From: Mytilus californianus | Taxonomy: Eukaryota | Direction of reading: 5' to 3' | Assembly (NCBI RefSeq): GCF_021869535.1 | Contig: NW_026262690.1 | Span: 52,948,001 to 53,012,000 of the forward strand | Length of the DNA stretch: 64,000 nt | Part shown: positions 1 to 13,516 of the stretch, piece by piece | How the letters are laid out: every line of letters begins with the position of its first letter | Numbering within the stretch: the stretch's first letter is position 1 | The notes under the pieces: model-generated | What the model saw: only the letters and a program-made list of their open reading frames with translations | Told to the model about the DNA's origin: nothing | Databases searched by the model: none | Translations under genes and position numbers: made by a program

Positions 1-1005
1 ACCAACAGCAATGTCTTGCTTTTGGTTTGTTAAGAGTGTGCAAGGATTTATTCTTACGAATAATTAGGCATTATTTATTCTTCAAAATATAGAAATAAGA
101 ATAATCTATAATAGACCAGACATTTTCCTGGGAACGAGACAAAAGAGGATCTGTTCATTTCACGCTTTAGAAATGAGAATGTTTCAGACAATATGTCCAG
201 AAAAACTGCAGAATTTTATATTCATTTCATTATACCATCTGTACGTACCAGCATGTCAATTTTAGCTGAATGGAGAAAAAAAAAGAATATAGTTCTGATG
301 TTTTATGGAACAATGTGCAAATGCATTATACATAAAGACACAAAATCATCAACATACTCCAGAAACACCACATTCATCTCGGTAATTGATGGCAGGTCTA
401 CAACGGTGACTTAAAAACAGTCAGAACATAACAATGATCCCATGAGAAGATCTAATTTTGGTTATGTATCAACAATCGCTTCGAAAGTGCATATTCTATA
501 TCAAAATTAAACGACAACATTTAAAAAAATCCAACTCGTACAAATATTAAATATAAACACAGGAATAGAAATATTAAACAAAATTGTGTGGCATTTTGGC
601 AACCTAAATGGTAAAAATAAAATAATTTATAACAAATGCGTCATCTATGAATTACAAATGTGCAACCCATCTATTATATATTGTCATCAATTTGAATGTT
701 CTGTTCCTGATTGTAAATTATAGATCATTAAAACACTTCAGCAGTTAACAAAAAGAGGTGGAAGATAGAAGAAAGGTCAACCAAAACTAATAAGTCGAAG
801 ATATCGGCACAAAAAAACAAGGAGCTTTTAACACTTTCAAAATCTCAGAACGATAATGGGAAATTTAAATCATCTTTTTTATTCTTTCAATGATAGCAGC
901 ACTAAGTAATACCATATGTGAAAATTTTTTATGTTTTAGTTGGATATGGGCTTTACCGATATACGTTTAATTGCTTTGATATCAATTATAATAATGTATT
1001 TACAG

Positions 1006-3992
1006 AATTTAAAGAAGCATTTAAGAACTTCGATAAAAATGGGGATGGGAAAATATCTTGTAAAGAACTAAGGACGTTTCTGAAATCTGTAGGACAAGAT
1101 TCATCTGATGCTGAAGTACAAAGAATAATGATCAGGGTAGATCACGATAGTATGTATAAATTGTTAGAAAAATGAACACAAAACATTTTTTAACGTGTAA
1201 AAGATCTTTTCAGAGTACCTACAGCGTATCAAAGTATGCTCATTTAGTGCGAGGAAAAAGCTACATATGTTTAAAACAGAAAGAGCAAGTATTTTATGAA
1301 CATAACAATATACATGTAATATAAAAAATCTTACTCTGAAGTAGATGAAAACTCAAGTACATTTTTAAAATGACAGATATAATAATACTAAGATTTCAAT
1401 TTCAATGTATTTTGCAGGTAATGTTACCAAAACATAAGATAATTTGATTCTAGGCGAACAGATTTGTGTAATAAAATAATTATCCACTTATTTATTTTTG
1501 GGGGAGGGAGTAACGTTTAGTGACCTTTTGTATCGGCCATTTTGAACCGTACATTATAACTGTAGGTGATTATAGAAACCGAAAATCACTTTGTACAGTT
1601 GTATGCTGTTACAGTTTCATAGTCAGCTTTTGAAATAAAATTCATATAATATTTGAGGAAAAAAACATTATTACGATAAAAAAAAAAGAGGACAATAAAA
1701 TAAGTTTAACAATGTAAGACAGCACTATGGTCTAAAGACTACAGGCAACATCCAACAAAAACTCAACATAGAGTATAAAAGACTGAGCAATTGGAATCAG
1801 ACCAACTATCGAGGGTTAGCTCGTATACTCTGGTTGCTACACTCTTGCCATTGGTCGTGCTACTAGATAAATTCGATTATTTCATAAATGCTATAAAAAA
1901 AAGGCACCTCCGAAGAATGAACAAAAGGGAAAGTTTTGACGAATATACATAGTTATAAGTCAGTAATATATAAGGATAGAAAACAAACTACGACTTATGA
2001 AAAAAAACCCAGACATTTTGAATATAACAAAACTGAAAACTAAACCAAAAGGAACGTGAACCCCCATACAATGGTGGGTAATACTTACGCACCGAAATTG
2101 TAAACAGTTCCTGCTCTTCTAATGGAACCTGTTGTGTTACACATAACAGGTAAAATTCCGGTGACCAAACCGAATTGGCGATAAGTTATAAAATAGGCAA
2201 TGATAATCAGACTTATAGCCACGACACATAAATGGTACAAATATAACAAAGATCATATTGGACACAGATATTCCGTAGCGATTAATTGAGTCATGACGAC
2301 GTAAACTTAAAACGATTGGCTTATTGGGAAGTTTAATGCAACCCACTGCACATATTGCATAATTGTATATGCGTGTAAAATTTGTAACTGGAACCGTTGA
2401 TGAATTGATTGTCACTGTATTTAAGTGTTAAGCTATAAATGACCTTGTTCATTCTGAATATATTTCATAATTACCAATATATTTGTACAATTGATGACAA
2501 AGCTAAAGTATAAGTTACAGAAAGTTTTACATTGTTTTCGGTTTTGAAAAGTAAAAATACATTTCGTAGAGAATTCAATTGTAATCAGATGTCTTAATTA
2601 TTCCAACTTGTATTGTTTTACAAATAAAAATTGAGTATAACTTAATACAAATACGTTTTTTAAAGATAGTGGTTCCATAGAATTTCAAGAGTTCTTGACA
2701 ATGATGTCGACGGAAGAAACAGAAAAATCCCCAGCAACAACCGATCAATTCCGTGACGCATTTCGAGAATTTGACAAGGATGGCAATGGAGTTATAACTA
2801 TGAAAGAATTTAAGAAAGCTATGGCTAAAGTAGGAAATAAACTATCGGATAAACAAATCAAACAAATGATCAAAGAAGTTGATCTTGATGGTGATGGTGA
2901 AATCAATTATAAAGGTATATGATCAATGGGAATTTAATATGATCATAACATCATATTCAATTTTCACATCTATATAAAAAGTTGGACTTTTTACCAATCC
3001 CTCGACAATAACAATTTACAGGTTAATACGCCTGCAAATTAAAATTTTTCCAATGAAATATGATTACATTTGTAGTAGGGCTAAACACTTAACAATTTCA
3101 TTTTCTAATTACGGAGATGACTTCCATGTGTGTTTGGGTTGTGGACTGGACTTTTAATTACATATACATGTAGATGTCAACCCCCTCTTTACTTGAACCT
3201 CGGTCGGTATACTACCCACAGGTACACACAAGAACATGCAATAAAATCCGTACAGGTGAAGCACTAAATTCAAACCACGGTATAATAAAAGTTAGCATAT
3301 TCAAACTCAAATACAAACATTATAAACAATCTACATAAAATCGTAAGAATGCTCGATGTTATTGAAAGTAAGCTCTAAGCACTTAATCTGTTGATACGAA
3401 TTTATGCTAACCTACACTAAACATTTTTTAATATAAATTCATCAGTATCAAATTGTTTGAATGTTCTCCATTCAATATATGGTCCACGTGTTCGTTGCCC
3501 CGCCCCCTTAGTTTAAAAAGGGATCAATATATGGTCCACGTGTTCGTTGCCCCGCCCCCTTTGTTTAAAAAGGGAAGAATATACCAAGAGGGCAATAAAA
3601 ACACGAGTCGTACAAAACAGAAAACTGAAGAAAAAATGATGAAAAAAAAATAAATATTGAGCAGCATACATGAGGAACGATTATGTGTTAAACAGCAATC
3701 AATCCATTCGACATTTAAATATACACTAACACATACACCCTTAGTAATGTGTACATCATTACGTGTGTGCATATCCAAATGCATATATCAATCTGAGTAA
3801 TTTTCTACGAATATATTAGAAATATTATCAACTGACAATTGATATATATATACTATCATGATTATCATATTCAAACTCGAATACCATCTACTTGGCAAAT
3901 GGAACTATTTTTGAGTTTATTTCTACTCGAAAATGTAACTTAATCATCATGTTATCTTAATTTCAGAATTCGTCCAAATGATGTCAAAGTAA
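1006..3992 (+). CDS. Calmodulin-like EF-hand gene 1, 5'-partial; exons 1006-1149, 2666-2914, 3967-3992
   Basis: AG/GT-bounded phase-1 exons (tacag|1006, 1149|gtatgt, aaag|2666, 2914|gtatat, tttcag|3967) join in frame. Product: (E)FKEAFKNFDKNGDGKISCKELRTFLKSVGQDSSDAEVQRIMIRVDHDNSGSIEFQEFLTMMSTEETEKSPATTDQFRDAFREFDKDGNGVITMKEFKKAMAKVGNKLSDKQIKQMIKEVDLDGDGEINYKEFVQMMSK*. Four EF loops; the 144-nt exon matches the calmodulin exon size. Start exon(s) not recognised in the window. Confidence 0.9.
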
Positions 3993-5018
3993 ACTGCGAC
4001 CAAGTTGCTGTTGAGAGATTAGCTCATAAGTAATGACATTTACCATATGCCCTACGAGGTGTGTTGTATTCAGCATTTGTAAACCATAATTAGTGTTTTA
4101 TTTTGCTTTGCATAAGACTACGTAAATGGAATTTAAATGCAAGAAGTGGTTCATTTACATGCCACTATAGTATAGTTTAAATATGTACTTATCTAAAATA
4201 TGCGCATTCAAGGATACAGATTAGTAAAAGTACATGTAGGTCATTAATGTAATCTCAAAAGCATATGTTTTATATAAAATGCATATGGAGAAAAAAATAA
4301 GACAATTGTAAACAATTTGTAGTCTTAGACCTTGTACACATATATTTTACTTTTTTATTTTACACATGTTGTTCTAAACAGGTTGTACTTTGAGGCATTA
4401 GCATCAGTATCATAAAGCGTATACATGTATATGTTACATTGCCTACTACTGTTAAATACAAATATAAAAACCAATGTGTATTTCCAAATAAATACCAAAA
4501 ATGCAGTTGTTCAGTTATTTACGCACGTACCGAGTCTGAAAGACACACATGATTTACCAGCAGAACAGATTTGTAATATAAAAAGATTTTAACAATCAAT
4601 GTACATGTTATCCTCCATATTGACAAACACTAGAAAGTAATGATACAGCTTTATAAAAAACCTCAATGCACCATGAACACTACATTGACTAAAATGTTTA
4701 TAACTTTAAAAGTTCAAAAAGAGATAGGCTGTCCATAAGATATGATAAATTAACAAAGTTCAAGAAGCCTTAATTTTTGTAATAAAACATTACTAAGATA
4801 AGATATTAAGATAATTTTATTGGTTCAAAATCCAAAATTATAGGATTGTTACCAAGACAATAAACATTGACTATACATAAACATACAAACATAATCTGAC
4901 CACATTTATAAACATTATATATATAACTGTATATCCCCTCCATTATTAAAAGAAAATATTGTTAAAATAATAAATGAATGTATATAATCTCTGCTGAGGA
5001 GGTGGTACCACAAAGTTA

Positions 5019-5255
5019 TTAAGTACTCAATAAAGCATTTCTAGAATTACACATGGTGCTTATGAATTTTACAATAATTTTAATTATATCAGTCTCACCA
5101 CAGGTATACAAAAATTTAAATCTTGCTTCATTAGTCATATTTAAAAAAGAGGGAACTATTTCACTAATTTTGGAAAATAATTGTTCTCTAATTGTATTTA
5201 GTTTTGTACATATTATAGTGAAATGAAATTCATTACTAAGAAAAACAAGTTCTGG
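5019..5255 (-). mobile_element. 3' fragment of a non-LTR retrotransposon ORF2 (RTE-X/CR1-like C-terminus)
   Basis: NEFHFTIICTKLNTIREQLFSKI resembles the E-x-E-x-HF-x2-C-x5-R C-terminal motif of LINE ORF2 proteins. Confidence 0.55.
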
Positions 5256-5931
5256 CAATATGTACCATCTGTTTATATCTATGCTATGCCTGTTATTCAG
5301 TGGAAGTCGTGTGTTGCTATATATATCATATTTGTTTTTTCGTTTATTATCTAGTACATAAATCGGGTCGTTAGTTTTCTTGTTTGAATTGTTTTACATT
5401 TTGTCGAGTCCCTTCATAGCTTCCTATGTGGAGGTATGGGTTTGATTAATTGTTGAAGCCCGTACGGTCCCCTATAGTTTCTTACTTTTACGTCATTTTG
5501 GTCTTTAGTGGAGAATTGTCTCATTGCCAATCATACCACATTTTTCTTGTTTTTATATCAGAACATAAAAAAGATTTTGCTGGAATATCGTAAGAAGAGT
5601 TAACGGTAACGCATTAGTAGGCAAACGATTTGTCTTTTAATCAAGTTCCACATAAACAAAAGTTCCATAGTTCTTAATTGACATTTTTAATGCTGAAGAT
5701 TGTACTAAAAATACAGCTTTATAAAATATTAACTTAAATAAATCGCATCATACTAATACGTATAGGTCAGACAAATGAATACTTGGCTACGCCTTGGGTT
5801 TTAATATTCATAAAACATGACCAAGTATTGACTAACCTATACCTATAAAAGGTTTATTATTATCTCCACTCAGTAGCGATCTAATAGTTTTAAAACATAT
5901 CATCAATGAAATGTTTATTATATTTTATTGT

Positions 5932-6416
5932 GTTTCCTATCATGATTTCCTTGATAGAGGATTGCTGCTCACAAGGAAGCTATTAAACCAAGAGTTCCGA
6001 ATGGTGAGGTTGAAGTCATCCCTTCGTAAATTTTACGGACGCCATCACGAGTTGGTTGACCGTTATGGAATAACCGTTTCACAGATGATATCGGATATGT
6101 TCCTTATGTCGTAACTACAATACCCTCCCTTTTCACGAATGTGACTTACCGAATTAGACTATTTACCGGATTTGTAATAAAATAAGCAACACGACGGGTG
6201 CCGCATGTGGAGCAGGATCTGCTTACCCTTCCGGAGCACCTGAGATCACCCCCAGTTTTTGGTGGGGTTCGTGTTGCTTAGTCTTTGGTTTTCTATGTTC
6301 TGTCATCTGTACTATTATTTGTCTGTTTGTCTTTTTATTTTTGGCCATGGCGTTGTCAGTTTGTTCTCGATCTATGAGTTTGACTGTCCCTCTGGTATCT
6401 TTCGTCCCTCTTTTAT
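5932..6416 (+). mobile_element. Penelope-like retroelement 3' fragment (RT C-terminus plus 3' tail)
   Basis: YHDFLDRGLLLTRKLLNQEFRMVRLKSSLRKFYGRHHELVDRYG, followed by the tail gcttacccttccggagcacctgag...ttcgtccctctttt. The tail recurs at ~13940-14150, ~17320-17520, and in reverse at ~12130-12290 and ~32030-32230. Confidence 0.7.
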
Positions 6417-6925
6417 ACAATAAATGACTATGTTAATAAAATGTACAACATAGGGCGTTATAAAATACATTTATTAGCATTCTTTGAAGTAATAGAATGA
6501 ATCACCATTCCGTTTTTAAATGATTTTAATATGAAAGGATATTGTCCGAGATTACTCTGACGTCCAACGGCTGTTTTGTCAGACAAGCTATGGCCGTGGG
6601 TCCGGCCCCATCTTGTCTGGCAAAACAGCCGTTGGACGTTAGAGTAATCTCGGACTAGAAAGGAAAATGTGTAAGAAGATACCAAGGGTACAATACATAG
6701 ACAATAAATAGGATTATCGCACCGCGGGTAAATTATTACGTTGTGACTGGTTTAACGCCGTCACGTGGTGACCCCCTATGGATCCGTAGGGGGTTAGTAA
6801 ATTTCATAGTGGGTTCATGACGTCATGTCTACTGTTAATGGTGACGTCATGTATTGATGTTGTTGTATTTCATTGTTTATTTTTCTACAAAACGCTGCAG
6901 AAAAAGTCTCGCGTACGATAAATTC

Positions 6926-7064
6926 GTTATACGGTTCACTACTGACCCCCTACGGACCATAGAGGGTGAATAAAATCCACAGGGGATTCGGCCTTCGGCC
7001 TCACCCCCTATGGATTTTACTCACCCTCTATGGATCCGTAGGGGGTCAGTAGCGAACCATATAA
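6926..7064. mobile_element. ~140-bp palindromic (hairpin) element
   Basis: Arms gttatacggttcactactgaccccctacgg.../...ccgtagggggtcagtagcgaaccatataac; centre GGCCTTCGGCC. Confidence 0.7.
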
Positions 7065-7294
7065 CTTATAATAGTGAGCACAATCATCAATTAATTATAG
7101 ATTTTTCATATCTGATCAAAACGGTTAAAAACAGTTGTTGGTGATAATGTTTATCCCCATTCCTTCAAATCTTATGGCGACAAGATGATCTAAGAATGTT
7201 TCCACTCCCCTAGGTTTTGCTTAGAGAAACTGTCTTTCGCATTAACTTCGAAATTACTTTTTTCACAAGTGTTGTGATGTTTGTAGTTTCTCAA

Positions 7295-8106
7295 TGTCAC
7301 AGTGCTCCAATCGTTTCAAATCAATGGCTGTTTTTTGTCAGTAAGTTGACAGGCAATTTTGACCATGTGTTTTGTACCTACCTATCTTTGATTATTGGAT
7401 GCAGTACTAATTGTAAGGTATGTTTTTGCAAGATATTTGGCAGTTTTTTATTTCTTTAATTATAAAAAAATGAAAACAACACATTATAAATAATTGAAAA
7501 ATCAATATTGCTTAAAAGAGGACATTTTTTTCTGCAAGATACGTGTTTGGCACTACAAAATGAGAATTCTTCATTTACAACGAGCGTGAATACTCCAAAA
7601 GAGGGACAAAAGATACCAAATGGACATTCAAACTCATAAGTCGAAATGCGCCACGGATTGTAGTAGTGAACCTTCATTTATGACGTATTACATATTGACT
7701 TGTCACAGTGCTCCAATCGTTTCAAATCAATGGCTGTTTTTTGTCAGTAAGTTGACAGGCAATTTTGACCATGTGTTTTGTACCTACCTATCTTTGATTA
7801 TTGGATGCAGTACTAATTGTAAGGTATGTTTTTGCAAGATATTTGGCAGTTTTTTATTTCTTTAATTATAAAAAAATGAAAACAACACATTATAAATAAT
7901 TGAAAAATCAATATTGCTTAAAAGAGGACATTTTTTCTGCAAGATACGTGTTTGGCACTACGAAATGAGAATTCTTCATTTACAACGAGCGTGAATACTC
8001 CAAAAGAGGGACGAAAGATACCAAATGGACATTCAAACTCATAAGTCGAAATATGCCACGGATTGTAGTAGTGAACCTTCATTTATGACGTATTACATAT
8101 TGACTT
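7295..8106. repeat. Near-perfect 406-bp tandem duplication (7295-7700 / 7701-8106)
   Basis: The copies differ by about 4 substitutions and one T in a T-run. Confidence 0.95.
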
Positions 8107-9127
8107 GGTTCTGTTGCTTGTAGCCTAGCACGTTTAACCTCCTATACGTGTCGGTTTAGTACCGAAGCAGGATATAATCTTAGGATATTTATAACCTTAT
8201 CATTGTCCTCAGTATTCATTCAATATTCGACACTCCACTTTAATCAAGTCAGGAATATGACAGTTGTTTTCCATTCGTTTGATGTGTTTGAGCTTTTGAT
8301 TTTGCCATTTGATAAGGGACTTTCCGTTTTGAATTTTCCTTGGAGTTCGGTATTTTTGTTATTTTACTTTTTACACAGCCAACAAACACACAAAATAAAA
8401 AAGAAACTTATGCAAAATTATGAGGATACTGACTTTGCAAATATACTTTGAAATTCTGATATTTTCAATAAAATATTACAAAATACATCAGCACTTCCTA
8501 TGGTCACTTTATTTTCAAGATAAACATTAAACATTTTCTAATTCGTTTTGAATAGATTGTTTTATACAATTGAAAAAGGGTGACCATAGAGCATATTAGG
8601 CTGGTGGTAACGAGTGTTACATTGTATACATGTAGGCATTTTCATTCGTATAAATAACATAGTTACATTTTCAATATGTTAAATAACTACAGAAAGTTGG
8701 GATGAAAAGGGAGGGGTTGTTTTGTTGTTGCTCACAGCAAAATTAATATGGACATTCAAATATCGAAGAGTGTAGCATAAGGGCTAAATGGGTCATCGGC
8801 AGAGTATTACATTCGCAAATATAATGCCCCTAATATACTAAAGTGCACAGCATTGGTTTCATTTAAAAGCCTTGATGATCTAATATGAATAAAAGGTGAT
8901 GTGGGAAATTACGTCAATGAGACAACAATCCAACAAAATAAAAACGAAAAGGCATCTAAATATTTGTAAAAACATTTTTGATTAAAGGTGCTTTTGGTGC
9001 CATGTAGCTTTTATCTTAGTGAAGGTGTTCCGTAAAAATCGGCACATTATGTTGCTTATGATAAAAATATTTCATTTTCATCATGAAATAACTCAGTTGT
9101 TATGAATGTTCTTCCGTGTACCCGCAC

Positions 9128-9316
9128 GTTTGACATCCATTGACACGAATGTGGAACATGGAGCACCATAACTGTTTGACATCCATTGACACGAATGTGG
9201 AACATGGAGCACCATAACTGTTTGACATCCATTGACACGAATGTGGAACATGGAGCACCATAACTGTTTGACATCCATTGACACGAATGTGGAACATGGA
9301 ACACCATAACTGTTTG
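9128..9316. repeat. 46-bp tandem repeat, 4 copies
   Basis: Unit gtttgacatccattgacacgaatgtggaacatggagcaccataact. Confidence 0.95.
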
Positions 9317-10165
9317 CTTCTGATAGAGTGATAGTGAATTAAAAAAAACCCACATAGTTTTTTTTCATAGAATCTTCACACATGTTGAGGATAAAATATG
9401 ATTTACTGGTAATTAATTTTCGTTCGGAATACGTATGAAATATTTGCCACTGAACGCTATCAAACAACAATCAATCATTGTAAAATCTCCCGAATCGGGC
9501 TTTTTGCTTCGAAAATGTAATTATCTATAACTCCTTTATTTATCAGTCAGAGGATTGCTCTTATTGTCAAAATATTAGGTCTGAAACCAGCAGGTAAACA
9601 TCAATTACGTGTGTATAGTCTCGTTCGTCTGATCCTGTCTAGAATTGAGCCTATCAAGTTTATTTCTTCACTTGAAGTGCAACATTTTACAACAAAAGAA
9701 AGTTAAATCAATATGGAATCAAGCATAAAATAAGTTTTAAACAAACGTTGCTTTTGTGTCTAAAATGATATTTTGAGTTTAAATTCTGCATTATTATCAA
9801 TACACTATTGATCATATGCATGCATATAAGACTTGCTCACATTTTCCAATACTTATAAATATATTTATATACATATCACTTTCTTGTATCACATGAATTC
9901 TACTTCAATTATTCAGGACTAAGTCAATTCCGGGTGAAATAACAACCCGTAGAATATAAGACTCCATTCAACATTAGGACAATTGCTTCAACTGGAAAAG
10001 ATGGATTATGTCTCCCGTTTCCATAGTCATAAAAATACAATACCCGATCTACATTTAGTTAATTGCTTTACCTGAGAAAATATAACCTAGAAACTGAAGT
10101 AAATGTTTACTGTATGTAGGAAATCGTAGGTGCTTTCTTTGATATTTTATTCAGTTTCGTTGTAG

Positions 10166-10240
10166 ATAGAGAAGTTAAAGAATACAGTATATAACCGGAT
10201 CGATACTGTTCTAGCAAGACTCGGAAATACAGCTAAACAG
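10166..10240 (+). other. Candidate upstream exon of calmodulin-like gene 2 (5'UTR exon or 75-nt phase-0 coding exon)
   Basis: Good donor CAG|gtatgt at 10240/10241. Preceded by an acceptor-like tttcgttgtag|10166, but also contains TATATAA at 10188-10194. Confidence 0.45.
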
Positions 10241-10966
10241 GTATGTGATAATAGAAGTGTTGCATGTATTTCAATTAATTAAGGGAGGTCGGTAGGGGCG
10301 GGATGATTCAAGAATGATAAAAAGAGGAACTCATAATTTTTGTTTATATTTGAAAGTCTTTTAAAAAACAATTTTAAAACATTTTTATGTACACTCAGAA
10401 GGTGTCCCCCACCCCTCATAGGAAAACAAACTCAAGTGAATGAAACTTTAAGAGTAACTCCGCTTGCGTAGAACCCACTGTTCAAGAGAGAGCGAACGAA
10501 TCCAAATTATAAAATAAGGGTTTTGTAATCGAGTGTCTAGCATGTCTCATGAAACTAGAGAAGGATGCGTTATTAGCATGATGATTCTATCAACCCAGCC
10601 TTTTTGTAGATATCGTAATTGGTCACTTGAAAATCAGCCACATCAATTGGGCATTGTTAACAAATGTCTTAATTTGTGCCAATCTTACAATATATCTAAA
10701 CACTTGGTAGTTTTGGAAATAGTTTAGATTAACAAACATCAAACCACTAATGAATTAAGAAATTATTGTAAATTCGGTTATTGTAATGTTTGACTCGAAT
10801 CTTTATGTCAGTGCAGGAAGACAAAAACAAATAAATAAATATATGTATAAGCATTTTACCTGATTTTGATGTCCAATCAACTAAATGATTGAGACATATT
10901 ATCATCGGATAAATAGGATGTCACTAGTCGAGCAGGGTTTAATAACCCTTCTAAATTTGAATGCAG

Positions 10967-11280
10967 AACAGAAAGTCAACAGGACAAAAAGTCACAAACA
11001 AAAAAGTCACGGACAAAAAGTTACGGACAAAAAGTCAAGGGACAAAAAGTCACAATTCAGTGTGAGATTATTTTTCTTTGAATAAAAAAATTTTATTTAA
11101 AAAAAAAAACATTTTTGGAATTTTCTTGAACTATTATATATAAAACAACTTTGTAGACAAAATGTATTCTAAATAAAATCAATAATGATCAAACTAATAA
11201 ACGAATTATTTGTGAGTTTTTTGTCCAATTAATTTTTGACTTTCGGTGCTGTGACTTTTTGTCCTGTGACTTTCTGTCCG
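10967..11280. mobile_element. MITE-like element with tandem GGACAAAAAGTCAC subrepeats in inverted orientation
   Basis: Left arm has repeated ggacaaaaagtcac; right arm has repeated gtgactttttgtcc. Confidence 0.6.
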
Positions 11281-13516
11281 CTTACCCCGAAATTTCATTC
11301 TTGTTTTTGGCGGGGTTTCTAATCGTTTATGTAGTGTTTCGTAGACTGTTGTTTGTTTGTTTGTCTGTTGGTTCTGGCATTGTCGATATTCCCTCTTGGT
11401 ATTATGATTTTTCATATAGCGATTTGGGAGCATCAGTAGAACATATGTTACCTCATACTTTCACATTTGTGTGTGAATCATGGTTACAATTGCTTGATTG
11501 TTGTTGTTTACTTATCGTTCAGTGGCAAATATTTCATGCATATTCAGGACGAGAACATATTAACAATAACTTCAATAGTTTGATTTTGCATAATGGGTCG
11601 ACCGGGATTAATGACAGGAATTTCGAGTGCCAATGGAAAATGAGGGTTCCTTGGATACAAACAGAAATTTTGCCTTGCAGCATGCCTCTTATAGACCCCT
11701 CAAAGAGTTGTTACAAGGGTTCTAAAATTGGCATGCAGACATTGTAATATTATATACACGAGGCATCGAATTTAACACCATAATTCAGACAAGACGTGGC
11801 TGCATATTTATTCATCCCCCAGTCAAACGGATATCCCACATTAACAGCCATGGGTTTACGATCGGATTTTGGTAGTCCAGTCATGGCCATATTTGTATAC
11901 CCCAATCAACAATTGTGGCTCCAACGCTAAAAAATTTCAATGGATTGAAAACAAAAATAAGAGTGGCGTTTATAGTGGCATTTGCTACATTTGTAATTCA
12001 TATAGACGATGACTGACAAACGTATTTAAAATTGTACACATATATTAGTGAGGCGCCGTCCCTGTATCGTGTTAAAAAGATAACTACAGGACTTAGAAAC
12101 GGAGAGCTACTAAGGGGTAATCAAAATCTTAGGCGAAAAACCATAGGCGAAGATACAAAGACAACACAATGGTCAAAATAAAAGTGAAGAACAGACAACC
12201 AATAGTCCACTAAACATCACACAGAAAACTAAAGACTGAGCATCACGCGAACCCCACACAAACCGGGAGGTGTCAGGGGCTCCAAGTGTTAATATGGTGT
12301 TATGAAGCAAGATATGCTTAATTGGGTAGCGTTGAACGCTGGTGAAATTCAGAAAAAGGTCGGTGAAGAATGAGTAAGAAATAGTATATAACAACACCAG
12401 TTTTTATAAGTAAATGTATAATGATACCGTATTATCATATGGGCCCATTTAAAAAAAAAGTTCGCTTAAGTATTATAAAGTCGACAATTATATATTACAC
12501 GAATATTTGTAGATTTAAAAAACACAAATATTGTCACAAGTAGAAAGAAAGAAGTATTATGATAAATAGCAACAGTTGTTAAGATGATTGTTAGAATATT
12601 CAAATTCTTTTTTTAATTATAATTTTAAATGGTAAACTACAGAAAGTTTTGACATGAACTTATACTTAAGTGATTAAAGTTTATCAATCGATGACACGGG
12701 TATCATAATATAAGGTAGGATTTATAACATTAAAGAATTATTTTTCTTGGAATAAATATATAATTCGATCCAATAATAATTACAATGATGCTTTGTTAAA
12801 ACCATTACATATTGTATTTTACAGACTGAGAGCATAATTTGGGACGCTTAAACTGCAAACACAATTAACGAAAATGGTAAGTTCTGTTTTTAGATTGTAT
12901 TGAACTTGTATGCGACTTGTTAATATTGAGTGAGATAAATTTTGAAATTGTATTAAGCTTGAAATTTGAATAACCCATAGCCATTACGACAACTTTGATA
13001 CATATTTCATAAATGACTTTGCAGTGTATCTGGTTTTTTGTTTTATTTTTTTTTTTGGTTTTGTATATACCTGTTGGCATATTCCATTGCACAGTCCGAC
13101 TAGATATATATGTCCAAATGATCCAAATTTAATATATTTTGGCACAAGCAATTTATTACTTTTTGTGTGAATTAAAGACATATTAACGCTGAATGTAAAT
13201 TGTGTATACAATGAACACGTAAATTTTAGTTATATACAAGCTTATATGTAAACGGCTAGCAAGTTCAGCTACATTGAGTTAATTCGTTAAGTTGATTTTT
13301 TGTAGACCTCTTAAATTCTTGACAATTTGTCAAAACTCAATCGATTTGAAGCTGGCATATGATAGAAGCACTTGACTGTCACTGAAGGCCACAAAATGTC
13401 TTTTAGATGTTCATATTATTGTTTTATATTTTTTTTTTATGTCATTGACGTTTATCCAATGTTAACCAGTATATTCATTGTATAATTTAAATCAACTTTC
13501 ATCTGGATTTTAGGCA

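Noticed and set aside
345-400. Possible exon 2 of gene 1 (ctccag|AAACAC...CTCG|gtaatt)
   Set aside because: The encoded KHHIHL does not resemble the TEEQIA-type segment seen in the other paralogues; unsupported.
11259-11747. 162-aa + strand ORF and similar Leu/Phe/Cys-rich ORFs (13931, 16173, 55907)
   Set aside because: They overlap dispersed repeat copies; low-complexity translations of repeat DNA.
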